A stretch of DNA of 64,000 bases, taken from contig JAVYMA010000005.1 of the NCBI GenBank assembly GCA_038740345.1, positions 21,965-85,964 on the forward strand, in the 5' to 3' direction. The translations under genes and the position numbers were made by a program. Origin of the DNA: Methanomassiliicoccales archaeon (GTDB lineage: Archaea > Thermoplasmatota > Thermoplasmata > Methanomassiliicoccales > UBA472). The notes beneath the pieces are model-generated. The model did no database searches. It was given only the letters and a program-made list of their open reading frames with translations, and was not told the DNA's origin. Below, in pieces: positions 1 to 11,012 of this stretch (positions are counted from its first letter, which is position 1; each line of letters begins with the position of its first letter).

Positions 1-33
1 ACTTATCAATCTCTGAGAGAGGCCGAACGAGAG

Positions 34-1176
34 ATGGAGAGAGCTTTCGCTTTGGAGAGGACCATGCTAGAGATTTCCCAAGGACTATTCGCTCGTCAGG
101 AATTCGATAAAGGCGTGCATGATGCCCTAGGACGTGCGGCAGAGGCCATGGGTGCATCACGAGCTCTGCTCTTCAGATTCTCCCGCGACATGACCAAGTT
201 ATGCGTGACGCATGAATGGCATTCCCCCGAAATCCCCTCCGCCAAGGAATTTTTCTCACAGATTGCCATAACAAAGAGAGGGTGGCTTAATGAAAGCTTG
301 CAAGCCGAGGGCACAGTGCGCTTGATGGACCTGGATAGTACAGACCAAGGCCTAGGGCCGGAAATTGAACCTTTCCGTCGAGCAGGCGCGCGCAGCATGG
401 CGCTTACCTCTTTGGCCGGGGACGGGAAGCAGCAGGGACTGGTATGCATGATGCACACGCGCCCCTCGCAGAACTTTGAAGCGGATGAGGCCAATCTCCT
501 TCGCTTCCTGGGACAGACCATCAGCCTTGCGCTGCAGAAAAAAAAGAATCAGGAGGATTTGGCAGATATGGCCGAGGCGGTGAGCATGAGTAACAAGGTC
601 CTTCGCCACGACATACGCAATGAGCTCATGGTGCTGACAGGTTCTTTACAGATTTATGAAATGAAGAGAGATAATAAACACTTAGAGAGAGCCAAGCGCT
701 CCGCGGCGCGATTGGTGGAGATCCTGGAACATTTCAAAGAGCTGGACCTCTTCCTTCAGTCCAGCAAAGGATTGTTCGCGGTGGAGCTAGAGGAGGCCAT
801 CAAAGAGGCCATGGCCCATCATCAGATCAATTACAACATTAAAGGAAAGGGGAAAGTGCTGGCGGATTACGCCATCAATTCTATATTCGATAATCTGGCG
901 AGAAATTCAGTTAAGCATGGGGAGGCCAAGAACCTGGACTTCATCATAGGACAGCAAGGACCATTCGTGGAGCTGTTGATTTCCGATGATGGACGTGGCA
1001 TACCGCCTGAGATCAGACCACGCCTATTCCAAGAGGGGTTCAGCTATGGTCAGGTGCGGGGCACGGGCCTGGGGCTTTTCTGGATAAAGAGAACGATGGA
1101 ACGCTATGGTGGCTGGGCCCGCTTCGTAGAGTCTGAGCGTGGGGCGACGTTCTCCCTTGGATTCCTCCCTGCCTGA
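34..1176 (+). CDS. sensor histidine kinase (GAF-like sensor + H-box + HATPase_c)
   Basis: 380-aa ORF. It has the H-box LRHDIRNEL, the N-box DNLARNSVKHG, and G-boxes DDGRGIP and GTGLGLFWIK near the C-terminus. Confidence 0.8.
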   Translation: MERAFALERTMLEISQGLFARQEFDKGVHDALGRAAEAMGASRALLFRFSRDMTKLCVTHEWHSPEIPSAKEFFSQIAITKRGWLNESLQAEGTVRLMDLDSTDQGLGPEIEPFRRAGARSMALTSLAGDGKQQGLVCMMHTRPSQNFEADEANLLRFLGQTISLALQKKKNQEDLADMAEAVSMSNKVLRHDIRNELMVLTGSLQIYEMKRDNKHLERAKRSAARLVEILEHFKELDLFLQSSKGLFAVELEEAIKEAMAHHQINYNIKGKGKVLADYAINSIFDNLARNSVKHGEAKNLDFIIGQQGPFVELLISDDGRGIPPEIRPRLFQEGFSYGQVRGTGLGLFWIKRTMERYGGWARFVESERGATFSLGFLPA

Positions 1177-1179
1177 TTC

Positions 1180-2385
1180 TCAAACATTATCGCCGCTTGG
1201 AATTGGCTGGCGTAGACGAAGCAATGCCATTCCCGCTGCTGATACCACTCCCAAGGAGGCCAAGGCACCCCACAGCATGATGCTTGATTCCAGATTATCA
1301 TAGAGCACTCCTCCCACCAAGGAGGATGAGAACCATCCCATCGAGGCTATGAGACCAAAGATGCCCATGTGCCTCCCACGATCCTCGGCATGAGAGTAGG
1401 CCGCAGTGAGGCTGGTGGAGACGGGAGTGACCACCATCTCACCCAGTGTGATGACGATCATGCTCGCTGCCAGCCCCCATTCCTCCCAGATGAAGGCTAG
1501 ACTGAGGAAGCCTACGGCATATATCAACGTCCCGAAGAACATGGAACCGAACATATTGTAGCGCGAGAGCCATCTGGCCAGAGGCATCTGCAGGAGCGCC
1601 ACCATCAACCCGTTCAGGGCGAAGACCAGGCCGATAGCGAATTGGCCTATTCCCAGCCTATCATTAGCAAATACTGGGAAGGTGGTACCGAATTGGCCCG
1701 CCATTACGAAGAGGGGGACGCAGAGAGCGCAGAAGGTGAGGAAAGAGAGGCTTATTCCGCTAAAGTCCAGGCTCAAGCGCTTCCGCTCTGCCTTAGATAC
1801 CAGCATGTTGCTTTCGCTCAGATAGAGCATGACGATGAGCGCGGCCAACAAAGACACGAAGGCAGAAGATAAGAAGGCGAGTTCGTAGGAAAGCGAGGTT
1901 AATAAGCCACCGATGGCTGGGCCCGCTGCGAACCCTAGATTCCAGGCCACGCGCATGAGGCCATAAGCCTCTAGCTGCCTTGCCGGTTCCACCACATCGG
2001 CCACCATGGCATTGCTAGCAGGCTCGAAGGTCCCCCCAAGGAAGAAATTGAATGCCAAGAGTACAGAAACGAGCATCAGATCAGGAAATAAGGCCACGGA
2101 GAGAGCTATTAAAAGAAAGGTGAGGGTGCGCGTGATCATCGAAACCACCATCACCTTGCGTCGGCCATACGCGTCCGCCCATACTCCTCCCGCCAAACTT
2201 CCGGCTGCCCCCGCCACACCTGCCACGAGAAGCACCACCCCTACCAAGGTCATGGATGCGCCGAGCTGCTGATTCATATAGAGCGCTAAGAAAGGATAGA
2301 CTATAGAGAAGCCAGCTCCATCTATCAATCGGGACCAGAATAGGACCCAAATCCTGCGATCGAAGCCGATTCTGATGCGGGGCAT
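1180..2385 (-). CDS. MFS-type transporter
   Basis: The ORF is hydrophobic throughout, with about 12 predicted helices. The loop DAYGRRKVMV resembles the MFS TM2-3 signature. I moved the start to the internal ATG (MPRIRIGF), because the first 25 codons of the 426-aa ORF look like a non-coding extension. Confidence 0.7.
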   Translation of the reverse strand: MPRIRIGFDRRIWVLFWSRLIDGAGFSIVYPFLALYMNQQLGASMTLVGVVLLVAGVAGAAGSLAGGVWADAYGRRKVMVVSMITRTLTFLLIALSVALFPDLMLVSVLLAFNFFLGGTFEPASNAMVADVVEPARQLEAYGLMRVAWNLGFAAGPAIGGLLTSLSYELAFLSSAFVSLLAALIVMLYLSESNMLVSKAERKRLSLDFSGISLSFLTFCALCVPLFVMAGQFGTTFPVFANDRLGIGQFAIGLVFALNGLMVALLQMPLARWLSRYNMFGSMFFGTLIYAVGFLSLAFIWEEWGLAASMIVITLGEMVVTPVSTSLTAAYSHAEDRGRHMGIFGLIASMGWFSSSLVGGVLYDNLESSIMLWGALASLGVVSAAGMALLRLRQPIPSGDNV

Positions 2386-2469
2386 GCTCCTCACCTCCAC
2401 ATTGAGATGGAGAAGCGAAGCTGTGGCCCTTGATAACAATTTCCTGCCGCATGATATCAATTAAACTGC

Positions 2470-3606
2470 CTAACTCTTCTTGAGGCGGTCGAGAAAGCTC
2501 TTCTTAGGCTCCTGCTCCGCCAATTTGCGCAACAGAGCCCTCTGCTCCGAGGTGAGCTTGCGCGGGACTTTGATGCTTATGCGCACGAATTGATCCCCCT
2601 TCCCCCGTCCATCTAGACGCGGTAATCCGTTGCCCTTCATGCGAAAGACTGTTCCATCTTGAGTCCCAGCAGGGATGGACAGCATTGCCTTCCCTTCTAA
2701 GGTAGGCACCTCTACCTCTGCTCCCAGAGCTGCCTCCCAGTATTCCACAGGCATATCCAGCCAGAGATCGGCTCCATCACGCTTGAAATGCTCGTGCTCC
2801 TTGACATGTACCACCACATACAGATCACCTGGTGGCCCGCCATCCGGGGAGGCATCGCCCGCGCCCGCCAAGCGAAGACGCATACCTGAATCCACGCCTG
2901 GCGGAATCTCTATCTTTAACTTAGAGGTGGATAGTTTCATCCCTCTGCCATCGCACACAGGACACCTATGCTCGAACACCTTCCCGCTGCCACGACATCT
3001 CTGACAAGGGGTTATGGATACGAAGCGCTGATAGCCGCGCTGCTGCACGTTCTGGATCTGGCCTCGACCACCGCAGGAAGGGCAGCTCTGCACCTTTCCA
3101 TCTTTGGCCCCGGTTCCCCTGCAGGCCTCACAACTCACAGTGCGAGGGACGGATATCTCCCTCTCACCTCCACTGGCCGCCTCTTCCAGGCTGATCTCGA
3201 TGTCGTAGCGCAGGGATTGGCCCTTATGAGGCCCGGAGGCTCCTCGGCCTCCACCGAAGAACATATCAAAGATGCTGCCCCCAAAGCCAAAGGAGCCGAG
3301 GTCTCCGAATATGTCCCTAAGGTCGGAGGCGTGAGTGAAATCGCTCCACTGGAAGCCCCCATTGGAGAACTGACCGCTCAAACCCTGATGGCCATATTGA
3401 TCATAGAGCTTGCGCTTCTCCGGGTCCGCCAGCACTTCATATGCCTCGGATATCTCTTTGAAGCGCTCCTCGGCCTGAGCCTTATCCTCTTTAGTCACGT
3501 CTGGATGGTATTTCCTTGCCAGCTCTCGATACGCCTTCTTAAGCTGTTCTAGGGTGGCGTTCCTGGGTACCCCTAGGACCTCATAGTAATCGCGCTTCTC
3601 GGCCAT
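2470..3606 (-). CDS. dnaJ: molecular chaperone DnaJ
   Basis: J-domain with HPD (KYHPDV), a G/F-rich linker, and four CxxCxGxG repeats ([32 protein letters not shown]). It lies directly downstream of dnaK. Confidence 0.95.
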   Translation of the reverse strand: MAEKRDYYEVLGVPRNATLEQLKKAYRELARKYHPDVTKEDKAQAEERFKEISEAYEVLADPEKRKLYDQYGHQGLSGQFSNGGFQWSDFTHASDLRDIFGDLGSFGFGGSIFDMFFGGGRGASGPHKGQSLRYDIEISLEEAASGGEREISVPRTVSCEACRGTGAKDGKVQSCPSCGGRGQIQNVQQRGYQRFVSITPCQRCRGSGKVFEHRCPVCDGRGMKLSTSKLKIEIPPGVDSGMRLRLAGAGDASPDGGPPGDLYVVVHVKEHEHFKRDGADLWLDMPVEYWEAALGAEVEVPTLEGKAMLSIPAGTQDGTVFRMKGNGLPRLDGRGKGDQFVRISIKVPRKLTSEQRALLRKLAEQEPKKSFLDRLKKS

Positions 3607-3614
3607 GGAAGGGG

Positions 3615-5489
3615 CTACTTATCCTCATCGACTATTTTATAGTCAGCGTCCATATAGCCGCCCTTGCCTCCTTGCCCGCCATCACCCGGTGGCGGGGAGC
3701 CGGCGCCGGGCCCGGCGCCTTGCTGGCCCTCGTCCTTCTTGGAACTCGCGGCATAGATGCGCGCCGATACCGCGTACATCTCTTTCATGACCGCATCCAT
3801 TTTAGCCTTGATGTTGGCCACGTCCCCTCCCTTGACCGCCTCTTTGAGTTCCGCGATGGCCTTCTGAATCTTCTCCCTTTCCTCGGAGGACACTTTATCC
3901 GCGTGCTCCACGAGGGTCTTCTCGGTGTTGTAAATGAGGGAGTCGGCTTGGTTTATGGTCTCCACCTTTTCCCTCCTCTTCTTGTCCTCCTCGGCGAATC
4001 TCTCCGCCTCCTTTATGGCACGCTCCACCTCTTCCTTGGTCATTTTCTTAGCGGAGGTAATGGTAATCTTCTGCTCCTTACCCGTGCCCAGGTCCTTGGC
4101 GCTCACGTTTACGATGCCGTTGGCATCGATATCGAAGGTGACCTCTATCTGAGGCACTCCTCTCGGGGCCGGCAGGATGCCAGTGAGTTGGAACTTGCCT
4201 AAGGAGACATTATCCGCGGCCATCTCTCTCTCCCCCTGCACCACATGTATCTCCACCGCTGGCTGGTTGTCCACCGCAGTGGTGAATATCTGTGATTTCC
4301 TAGTGGGGATGGTGGTGTTGCGCTCGATGAGCTTGGTGGTCACGCCTCCAAGGGTCTCTATGCCCAGGGAAAGTGGCGTCACGTCGAGGAGCAGGACGTC
4401 CTTGACCTCGCCAGATAGCACTGCGCCTTGAATCGCAGCCCCCATAGCCACGCACTCCATGGGATCGACGCCTCTCTGAATCTTCTTGCCTACGATAGAT
4501 TCCACGAAGCGCTGTATTATCGGCATGCGGGTGGGGCCTCCCACCAAGATTACGGCATCAATCTTATCCGCCGTCAGCTTGGCATCCCTCAAGGCGTTCT
4601 CCATGGGACCGCGGCACCTCTCCACTATAGGGGTCACCAGCTCCTCCAGCTTCGCCCTGGTTATGTTCATAGAGAGGTGCTTGGGACCGCTGGCATCGGC
4701 GCTGATGAAGGGGAGGTTGATCTCGGTGGTAAGGGTGGAGGAGAGCTCAATCTTGGCCTTCTCGCATGCCTCTCGCACCCTCCACATGGCCATTTTATCC
4801 TTAGTGAGGTCGACGCCAGTCTCATTCTGGAACTGCTTGACCACATATTTCACCAAAGCCTCGTCCATGTCTGTTCCACCTAGCTGAGTGTCGCCTGAGG
4901 TGGACAGCACTTCGAACACTCCGTGAGCGAATTCCATGATGGTGACGTCCAGCGTCCCTCCACCAAGGTCAAAGACCATTATCTTCTGCTCCTTATCGCC
5001 CTTATCCAGGCCGAAGGCTAGAGCGGCGGCGGTAGGCTCGTTAATGATGCGCACAACCTCTAAGCCAGCGATAGTACCTGCGTCCTTTGTCGCCTGTCTT
5101 TGGTTATCGTTAAAATAAGCAGGAACGGTTATAACCGCCTTGGACACCGTCTCCCCTAAATAAGCCTCAGCGTCCCTCTTTATCTTTTGCAAAATGAAGG
5201 CGGAAATCTGCTGTGGTGTATACTCCTTTCCAAACACCCGTACCTTGTAATCCGTCCCCATTTTCCTCTTGATAGCGGAGATCGTCCCTTCCGGATTGGA
5301 GACCGCCTGGCGTTTGGCCGGTTCTCCCACAAGGAGCTGGCCGTCCTTAGTGAAGGCCACATATGATGGGAAGGCCTTCCCTCCCAGACTGGTCCCCTCT
5401 GCGCTAGGTATGATGGTCGGCCTGCCGCCCTCCATGACTGCGGCGGCAGAGTTGCTGGTTCCTAGATCAATCCCTATTATCTTGGACAT
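3615..5489 (-). CDS. dnaK: molecular chaperone DnaK (Hsp70)
   Basis: Hsp70 signatures [19 protein letters not shown] and [11 protein letters not shown] are present. I chose the ATG at 5489 ([10 protein letters not shown]), which is preceded by GAAGGTGA 5 nt upstream. The ORF track starts 3 codons earlier at a GTG. Confidence 0.95.
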   Translation of the reverse strand: MSKIIGIDLGTSNSAAAVMEGGRPTIIPSAEGTSLGGKAFPSYVAFTKDGQLLVGEPAKRQAVSNPEGTISAIKRKMGTDYKVRVFGKEYTPQQISAFILQKIKRDAEAYLGETVSKAVITVPAYFNDNQRQATKDAGTIAGLEVVRIINEPTAAALAFGLDKGDKEQKIMVFDLGGGTLDVTIMEFAHGVFEVLSTSGDTQLGGTDMDEALVKYVVKQFQNETGVDLTKDKMAMWRVREACEKAKIELSSTLTTEINLPFISADASGPKHLSMNITRAKLEELVTPIVERCRGPMENALRDAKLTADKIDAVILVGGPTRMPIIQRFVESIVGKKIQRGVDPMECVAMGAAIQGAVLSGEVKDVLLLDVTPLSLGIETLGGVTTKLIERNTTIPTRKSQIFTTAVDNQPAVEIHVVQGEREMAADNVSLGKFQLTGILPAPRGVPQIEVTFDIDANGIVNVSAKDLGTGKEQKITITSAKKMTKEEVERAIKEAERFAEEDKKRREKVETINQADSLIYNTEKTLVEHADKVSSEEREKIQKAIAELKEAVKGGDVANIKAKMDAVMKEMYAVSARIYAASSKKDEGQQGAGPGAGSPPPGDGGQGGKGGYMDADYKIVDEDK

Positions 5490-6135
5490 TTTGATCACCT
5501 TCCTGTTTGGCCTTGCCTACCTTCACCTTGGCGTGCCTTATTACGCGATCTCCCATGAAATAGCCCTTCTGATAGGTCTCATAAATCACTCCCTCCTCCC
5601 CCTCGCACGTTGCGAAGGCCTCATGGAAGGAGGGATTGAACTTGCAATCCATAGGCATCTCTCTTAAGCCATACGAGCGCAAAACGGAGAGAAGGTTGCA
5701 TTGAATCTGTTTGATGCCTTGACGTAAATCCTCTTCATTTACATTAGAGGACAGAGCTCTTTCCAAATCATCTAAGGTGCCCAATAAATCGCACACCAGG
5801 CGATCATTGGAGGTCTTGATGCATTCCTCCTTCTCGCGCTTCACCCTTTTCTTGTAGTTATCGAATTCCGCCTGTATGCGTTTCGCTAGGTTCTCCCATT
5901 CCGCGCTGAGAGTCTTCTCTGATTCCAAGAGGGCGCGGAGGGACTCTACCTCCTTCTTAAGGTCCTCTAGCTCTGCCTGTGCGCTCTTCGCTAGGTTCTC
6001 CCACTCCTTGCTACGGGATTTCTCTGATTCCAAGAGGGCGCGGAGGGACTCTACCTCCTTCTTAAGGTCCTCTAAGCATCGACCGACTTCCGATTTCTCA
6101 TTTTGCTTTACGAGTTCCGCTGCGCCCTCGGACAT
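5467..6135 (-). CDS. grpE: nucleotide exchange factor GrpE (with duplicated N-terminal coiled-coil segment)
   Basis: The central motif [13 protein letters not shown] and the C-terminal beta-domain ([16 protein letters not shown]) are typical of GrpE. The gene sits immediately upstream of dnaK and overlaps its start by 23 nt. Confidence 0.9.
   Translation of the reverse strand: MSEGAAELVKQNEKSEVGRCLEDLKKEVESLRALLESEKSRSKEWENLAKSAQAELEDLKKEVESLRALLESEKTLSAEWENLAKRIQAEFDNYKKRVKREKEECIKTSNDRLVCDLLGTLDDLERALSSNVNEEDLRQGIKQIQCNLLSVLRSYGLREMPMDCKFNPSFHEAFATCEGEEGVIYETYQKGYFMGDRVIRHAKVKVGKAKQEGDQNVQDNRD
5882..6076. repeat. 105-bp in-frame tandem duplication inside grpE
   Basis: Copy A (5882-5971) and copy B (5987-6076) are offset by exactly 105 nt. 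A 55-nt core is identical in both (5915-5969 = 6020-6074). At the protein level, [19 protein letters not shown]...EWENLAK occurs twice. Confidence 0.9.
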
Positions 6136-6195
6136 GAATCTCGACCCCAGGATGCATTCATGTTGAACGTCAGAATGTGAATTTAATGGTGTTAG

Positions 6196-6215
6196 GAGGG
6201 GGCTTGCGCCCCCTC
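6196..6215 (-). terminator. GC-rich hairpin downstream of the thermosome gene
   Basis: gagggggc-ttgc-gccccctc forms a perfect 8-bp stem with a 4-nt loop, starting 15 nt past the thermosome stop. No obvious oligo-T tract follows, so a terminator role is only suggested. Confidence 0.3.
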
Positions 6216-6229
6216 AAAGAGATTGGCCC

Positions 6230-7879
6230 TCAGTCCATGTCGCCCAAGCCCTCATCCGAGCCTGGCATTCCGCCCTTACCGCCCGGACCGCCAGCTGGGG
6301 CACCGCCCTTGGCAGCGATCACGTCGTCGATCCTCAGGATCATGATGGCGGCGTCGGTGGCTGAGTTGATGGCCTGCTTGCCCACGCGCAAGGGCTCCAG
6401 CACATTCAGCTTGAGCATGTCGTCCACTTTGCCCTCGTAGACGTTCAAGCCAGCGTGCTTCTTGCCGTTCTTGTGCGCCTTGCGCATCTCGATGAGGATG
6501 TCAATGGGGTCCAGGCCTGCGTTCTCCGCTAGAGCGGTGGGGATGACCTCCAGGGCAGAGGCATAGGCATCGATGGCGATCTGCTCGCGGCCTCCCACTG
6601 AGGCGGAGTACTCCCGCAGCCTAAGCGCTATCTCCACCGCGGTGCTACCACCTCCGGTGATCATCTTGCCGTCCTCAATGGCTACGGCCACGACCGAGGT
6701 AGCGTCCTCCAGGGAGCGCTCGATCTCATCCACCACATGCTCGGTACCTCCGCGGATGAGAATGCTTACGGCCTTGGGGTTCTTGCATCCAGTGACGAAG
6801 GTCATCTCCTCCTCCTGGATCTTGCGCACCTCCACCAGCTCGGCGTTGCCTAGGTCATCGGAGTCAAGCTCATCCAGCTTGGTGACTATGTTAGCGCCAG
6901 TGGCTTTAGCGAGCTTCTCCATGTCGCTCTTCTTCACGCGCCTGGCGGCATAGATCTGCTCCTTGGCCAAGAAGTGCTGCACCAAGTCGTCGATGCCCTT
7001 CTGGCAGAATACCACGTTGGCACCTGACTTCTTGATCTTGGCCACCATGTCCTTGAGCATGCGCTCTTCCTCTTGGAGGAAGGCGGCCATCTGCGAGGGG
7101 TCTGTAATCTCGATCTTAGCGTCAATCTCCGTCTTCTTGATCTCCAAAGCTGCATCCAGGAGCAGAATCTTCGCCTTGGTCACCTTCTTCGGCATGGCTG
7201 GGTGAACTGGCTCCTTGTCCACTATGATGCCTTCGATTAGCATGGTGTCGTCCATGGAGCCGCCCTGCTTCTTGACCACCTGGATGTTGTCAGTGTCCAC
7301 CACCCACTTGCCGTTGGTCTTCTCCGCCACTTTCAGGACTGCGCCCACAGCTACATCTGCCATGTGCTCCCTGCTTCCCACTACTGACTTGGACATCATA
7401 GAGGTCATCGCGATCTTTCTCAGGGTCTCCTTGTCCTTGACATCCACGTCTTCGGCTACCTCCTCCATGACCTCCAAGGCCTTATTGGCAGCCATGCGGT
7501 AGCCAGCGCTGATAATGGTTGGGTGGACATTAGCATCAATGAGATCCACGGCCTTCTTGAGCAATTCGCCGGCCAATATAACGGCGGTGGTGGTGCCGTC
7601 GCCGCACTCCTCGTCCTGTGTCTTAGCGACCTCGACCAGCATCTTGGCCGCTGGGTGCTCCACGTCGATCTCCTTCAGGATGGTAACGCCATCGTTGGTG
7701 ATGACGACATCTCCCAGGCTGTCGACGAGCATCTTGTCCATCCCACGGGGGCCGAGGGTGCTGCGGACCGCATCAGCGATGGCTCGCGCCGCCATGATAT
7801 TGTTGTACTGAGCGTCCTTGCCCTTGTCCCTCTTGGTCCCTTCCTTGAGGATGAGTATCGGTGTCTGACCCATTCCCAT
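6230..7879 (-). CDS. ths: thermosome subunit (group II chaperonin)
   Basis: 549-aa ORF with group II chaperonin motifs ([45 protein letters not shown]) and a C-terminal Gly-rich tail. GGAGGT lies 6 nt upstream of the ATG. Confidence 0.95.
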   Translation of the reverse strand: MGMGQTPILILKEGTKRDKGKDAQYNNIMAARAIADAVRSTLGPRGMDKMLVDSLGDVVITNDGVTILKEIDVEHPAAKMLVEVAKTQDEECGDGTTTAVILAGELLKKAVDLIDANVHPTIISAGYRMAANKALEVMEEVAEDVDVKDKETLRKIAMTSMMSKSVVGSREHMADVAVGAVLKVAEKTNGKWVVDTDNIQVVKKQGGSMDDTMLIEGIIVDKEPVHPAMPKKVTKAKILLLDAALEIKKTEIDAKIEITDPSQMAAFLQEEERMLKDMVAKIKKSGANVVFCQKGIDDLVQHFLAKEQIYAARRVKKSDMEKLAKATGANIVTKLDELDSDDLGNAELVEVRKIQEEEMTFVTGCKNPKAVSILIRGGTEHVVDEIERSLEDATSVVAVAIEDGKMITGGGSTAVEIALRLREYSASVGGREQIAIDAYASALEVIPTALAENAGLDPIDILIEMRKAHKNGKKHAGLNVYEGKVDDMLKLNVLEPLRVGKQAINSATDAAIMILRIDDVIAAKGGAPAGGPGGKGGMPGSDEGLGDMD

Positions 7880-8137
7880 GTCACTACCTCCAGTTATTTT
7901 TACAAATATGTTATATCTAGCTCCTAGCTAGCGGGCAGTAGGATGTTTGTTCTTCTATATAATCATTTCTACAAAGATGAGAAAGGACAGGACTCCAGAA
8001 TCTCCGAACTAGCCCTGATGTCAATAGGCCAAGCCATCCCAGCCTCTTGATTTCTGGTGAGGTAAATGATGGCGAATGAATCTGCGAAAAAGGGATAGTT
8101 CTTTATCAGGTCTGTCATTCTCCCATATTGGATATAT

Positions 8138-8608
8138 ATGGGAGACCTCGAGACCTGCCTTGCGTTGCTTTTCAAGCGCAAGGGGAAGCAGATTCTCTCC
8201 GAAAAGGAATTCGTTTTCTCGGCTAGCATGGACTTTCGCTGGTTCTCGCCCAAGGAGGCACAGACTTTGCTGGAAATAGGCGTCAAGCGAGGCCTGTTGG
8301 AGCGATCCGAGGGGATGGTTAAACCGACCTTCGATTACAAGAACATAGAGGTCCCCATCAACTACCGCCCCTGCAAGGATATTTTGAAAGATGTTCAGCC
8401 AGACGTCTCACTGTTCGGCCAGATATTGGACTCCATGGCCATCTCTACAGGGCTAAAAAAGCGCGATCTGGTAGCTCGAGTCAATAAGCTCCAAGATAGG
8501 TTAGGAGTTGATATAGAAGTGGCGGCCCTAGCGTTGGCCAAGGACCTGGGAATCGATATCATGCCTTTCATAGATAGAGTAAAGGCAGAGATCCTGAACC
8601 GAGGATGA
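8138..8608 (+). CDS. DUF2240-like archaeal protein
   Basis: The N-terminal pattern KRKGKQILSEKEFVFSASMDFRWFSPKEAQTLLEIGVKRGLLERSEG...PTFD matches my memory of the archaeal DUF2240 family. This was not verified by search. Confidence 0.5.
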   Translation: MGDLETCLALLFKRKGKQILSEKEFVFSASMDFRWFSPKEAQTLLEIGVKRGLLERSEGMVKPTFDYKNIEVPINYRPCKDILKDVQPDVSLFGQILDSMAISTGLKKRDLVARVNKLQDRLGVDIEVAALALAKDLGIDIMPFIDRVKAEILNRG

Positions 8609-8620
8609 CTTCAGTTATTC

Positions 8621-9121
8621 TCATTCCTTCTTCTTGGCCTGCTTAAGGATGTGTTCGATGGTGAGTCCTCCTCCATAAGCTGGGCTTTTGGCCTCCGGTT
8701 TTATCATCGGCACCTTCTCGATTAGAACGATGTTTAGCTCCTTTTCCAACTTGGCTACCAGCGCATCGTCTGGCTTCAGATTGCCAGATTCCACCTTAGA
8801 GAGAGTGGAAGCCTTCTCGTTTATCTTGGCAGCGAGCTGGTCCGTCTTCCAACCTCTGGCGTTGCGAGCGTTCCGGATGCGGCCGGCATAGTCGTCCACC
8901 AGCTCATAGACCTCCTCCTCCTTGTAAATGTCCTTGGGTCGCATGCGGCGCTCACGTTGCTCCAGGCGGGAGGCGATGACAACTTTAGTCGGTGATGGTT
9001 TCGGTCCAACCTTGGCCTTGTCACCGAATCGCTGGCATTCCTTGCAGACCTTCATCTGCGCCCCTTCTATCCAAGTGGACCTGGTCTCCTGCACCTCCTT
9101 GCCGCAAAGCTCGCATATCAT
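8621..9121 (-). CDS. mbf1: archaeal multiprotein bridging factor 1 (Zn-ribbon + XRE-type HTH)
   Basis: An N-terminal CxxC...CxxC ribbon (CELCGKEV...CKECQRFG) is followed by a cro/C1-type HTH (RNARGWKTDQLAAKINEKASTLSKVESG). Confidence 0.8.
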   Translation of the reverse strand: MICELCGKEVQETRSTWIEGAQMKVCKECQRFGDKAKVGPKPSPTKVVIASRLEQRERRMRPKDIYKEEEVYELVDDYAGRIRNARNARGWKTDQLAAKINEKASTLSKVESGNLKPDDALVAKLEKELNIVLIEKVPMIKPEAKSPAYGGGLTIEHILKQAKKKE

Positions 9122-9454
9122 CCTAATCGCCTCTACTCAATTCCAAGTCCATAGATAATAGTTGCTGAAATAATTGCTGATGTACACATATGAAATCAAG
9201 ATATTATATGAAATCAGGATATGCGGTAAACTCGATTGAGATTGGGACCGACCCCTCGCAGCCTCTAGAACTCCTAAATAATTATCCTATTTGATAATAT
9301 AAAATTTATTCTCAAAACTAAACAAAACCACAATGCCAGGTGTCATTCTCACAGTTCGTTATCCTTATCGATAGGGATGCTGGTTAAGGAGGCTCTTTTA
9401 GAAGATTTCAAATAGCAGCCCTCTTTATATTGAGAAGTAAAATCATACGTTGAG

Positions 9455-10672
9455 GTGAAGCACACGAAGGAGCCCCAGGTTGAAGAACTCCTGAATGAGA
9501 TGCGCGAGAAGATAGAGGTCCTGGAGCGAAGGAATACCGAGCTTCTCGATGAGATCAGGCGCGTTGAGGGGGAGAAGCGCTATGTCGAGAGCGAGCTGTT
9601 CCGCCTTCAGAAAGAGCTCAAAAGAATGCGTTCTGAGATGGAGCGCCTTAAATCGCCCCCCCTGATCATCGGCGCCATTAAGGATATTTTGGCGGATGGG
9701 CGGGTTATAGTGAAGAGCTCAACTGGCCCAGATTTCATTGTTTCCACGTCGGAGTACGTCCCGCCCGAGGAGCTTGAGGTGGGGGCAAGGGTGGCGCTCA
9801 ACAAGCAAACGCTGGCGGTAATGGGCGTTTTGCCACCCTCCCTTGATCCCATCGTGATCGGTGCCGAGATAATTGAAAAGCCGTCTATATCCTATAAGGA
9901 CATAGGTGGCCTGGATGAACAGATCCTGGAGGTGCGGGAGGCCGTGGAAGACCCCCTGCTCAGACCAGAACTCTATAAGAAGGTGGGCATAGAGCCTCCC
10001 AAGGGTGTGCTGTTGGTAGGACCTCCAGGAACAGGAAAGACTCTGATCGCTAAAGCGGTAGCTCACCAGACGAACGCCACCTTTATCAGGTTCGTGGGAA
10101 GCGAGCTGGTGCAGAAATACATCGGTGAGGGGGCGCGTTTGGTGAGGGAGCTGTTCGAGCTGGCCAAGGAGAAGGCTCCAAGCATCGTATTCATAGATGA
10201 GCTGGATTCCATAGGGGCCAAGCGGTTGGAGGTAGCGACCTCAGGTGACCGAGAGGTACAGCGCACACTGATGCAGCTGCTGGCCGAGCTGGATGGCTTC
10301 AATCCCATCAGTGATGTGAAGATCATAGGCGCCACCAACAGACCGGACATTCTGGATGAGGCTCTCCTACGCCCTGGGCGATTCGATCGCATAATCGAGG
10401 TGCCGATTCCCAATTATGAGGGCAGGAAGGAAATATTCCGCATCCATATGTCCAAGATGGCCATAGACCCCAACGTGAACCCTGCTGATCTGGCCCTTAA
10501 GACAGAGGGTGCCACCGGAGCCGATATCAAGGCCATTTGTACCGAAGCTGGAATGTTCGCCATTCGTGACAATCGCGAATCGGTAAGCATGTGCGATTTC
10601 GAGAGGGCCATCGCCAAGGTGCTGGAGATAGAGGAACCTAAATGCACCGAGTCGGGCGTCATGTTCGCCTGA
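9455..10672 (+). CDS. pan: proteasome-activating nucleotidase PAN (AAA+ ATPase)
   Basis: N-terminal coiled coil, an OB region, Walker A GPPGTGKT, Walker B IVFIDELD and a second region of homology (ATNRPDILDEALLRPGRFDR). The start is uncertain: GTG at 9455 or ATG at 9500. Confidence 0.93.
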   Translation: MKHTKEPQVEELLNEMREKIEVLERRNTELLDEIRRVEGEKRYVESELFRLQKELKRMRSEMERLKSPPLIIGAIKDILADGRVIVKSSTGPDFIVSTSEYVPPEELEVGARVALNKQTLAVMGVLPPSLDPIVIGAEIIEKPSISYKDIGGLDEQILEVREAVEDPLLRPELYKKVGIEPPKGVLLVGPPGTGKTLIAKAVAHQTNATFIRFVGSELVQKYIGEGARLVRELFELAKEKAPSIVFIDELDSIGAKRLEVATSGDREVQRTLMQLLAELDGFNPISDVKIIGATNRPDILDEALLRPGRFDRIIEVPIPNYEGRKEIFRIHMSKMAIDPNVNPADLALKTEGATGADIKAICTEAGMFAIRDNRESVSMCDFERAIAKVLEIEEPKCTESGVMFA

Positions 10673-10728
10673 TCTCGGGCCTCAAATTTTTTTACCTAAC
10701 CACATTTTTCATTTCTTTGGGGTGCATA

Positions 10729-10983
10729 TCATTTCTTAAAACGCCCGAAAAATCTTCTGCGACTATTGGCTCTGTTACCCTCCTCGTCCTTTTTCCCCAA
10801 AACTTTTCTTGCTTCTTCCAATTCCTTGACCTCTTGTTCATTGAGCTCCGTTTCGATTATCACAGGCCCTATGTAATCGCAATCATGGCAACGATAAACC
10901 CTTCCGGTCAAGCCACCTAAATCATAGAAAACGTTCGTGCTCTTGCACTGAGGGCATTGCTGTACTACTACCATACGTGCCAT
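10729..10983 (-). CDS. small zinc-ribbon protein, function unknown
   Basis: 84-aa ORF with a CPQC...CHDC ribbon, sitting 30 nt downstream of the GPN GTPase gene on the same strand. Confidence 0.45.
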   Translation of the reverse strand: MARMVVVQQCPQCKSTNVFYDLGGLTGRVYRCHDCDYIGPVIIETELNEQEVKELEEARKVLGKKDEEGNRANSRRRFFGRFKK

Positions 10984-11012
10984 ATCGCAAAAATAAAGTT
11001 CTTATTACTATT

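Noticed and set aside
3672-5118. Several long plus-strand ORFs lie antisense to dnaK (3672..4202, 4428..4883, 4486..4887 and others). Similar shadow ORFs lie opposite the thermosome gene, purL, katG, gcvPB, the helicase and others.
   Set aside because: These are mirror-frame artefacts of GC-rich coding DNA. The opposite-strand frames have full-length, motif-rich matches to well-known families, while the shadow ORFs are low-complexity (Ser/Arg/Pro/Leu-rich).
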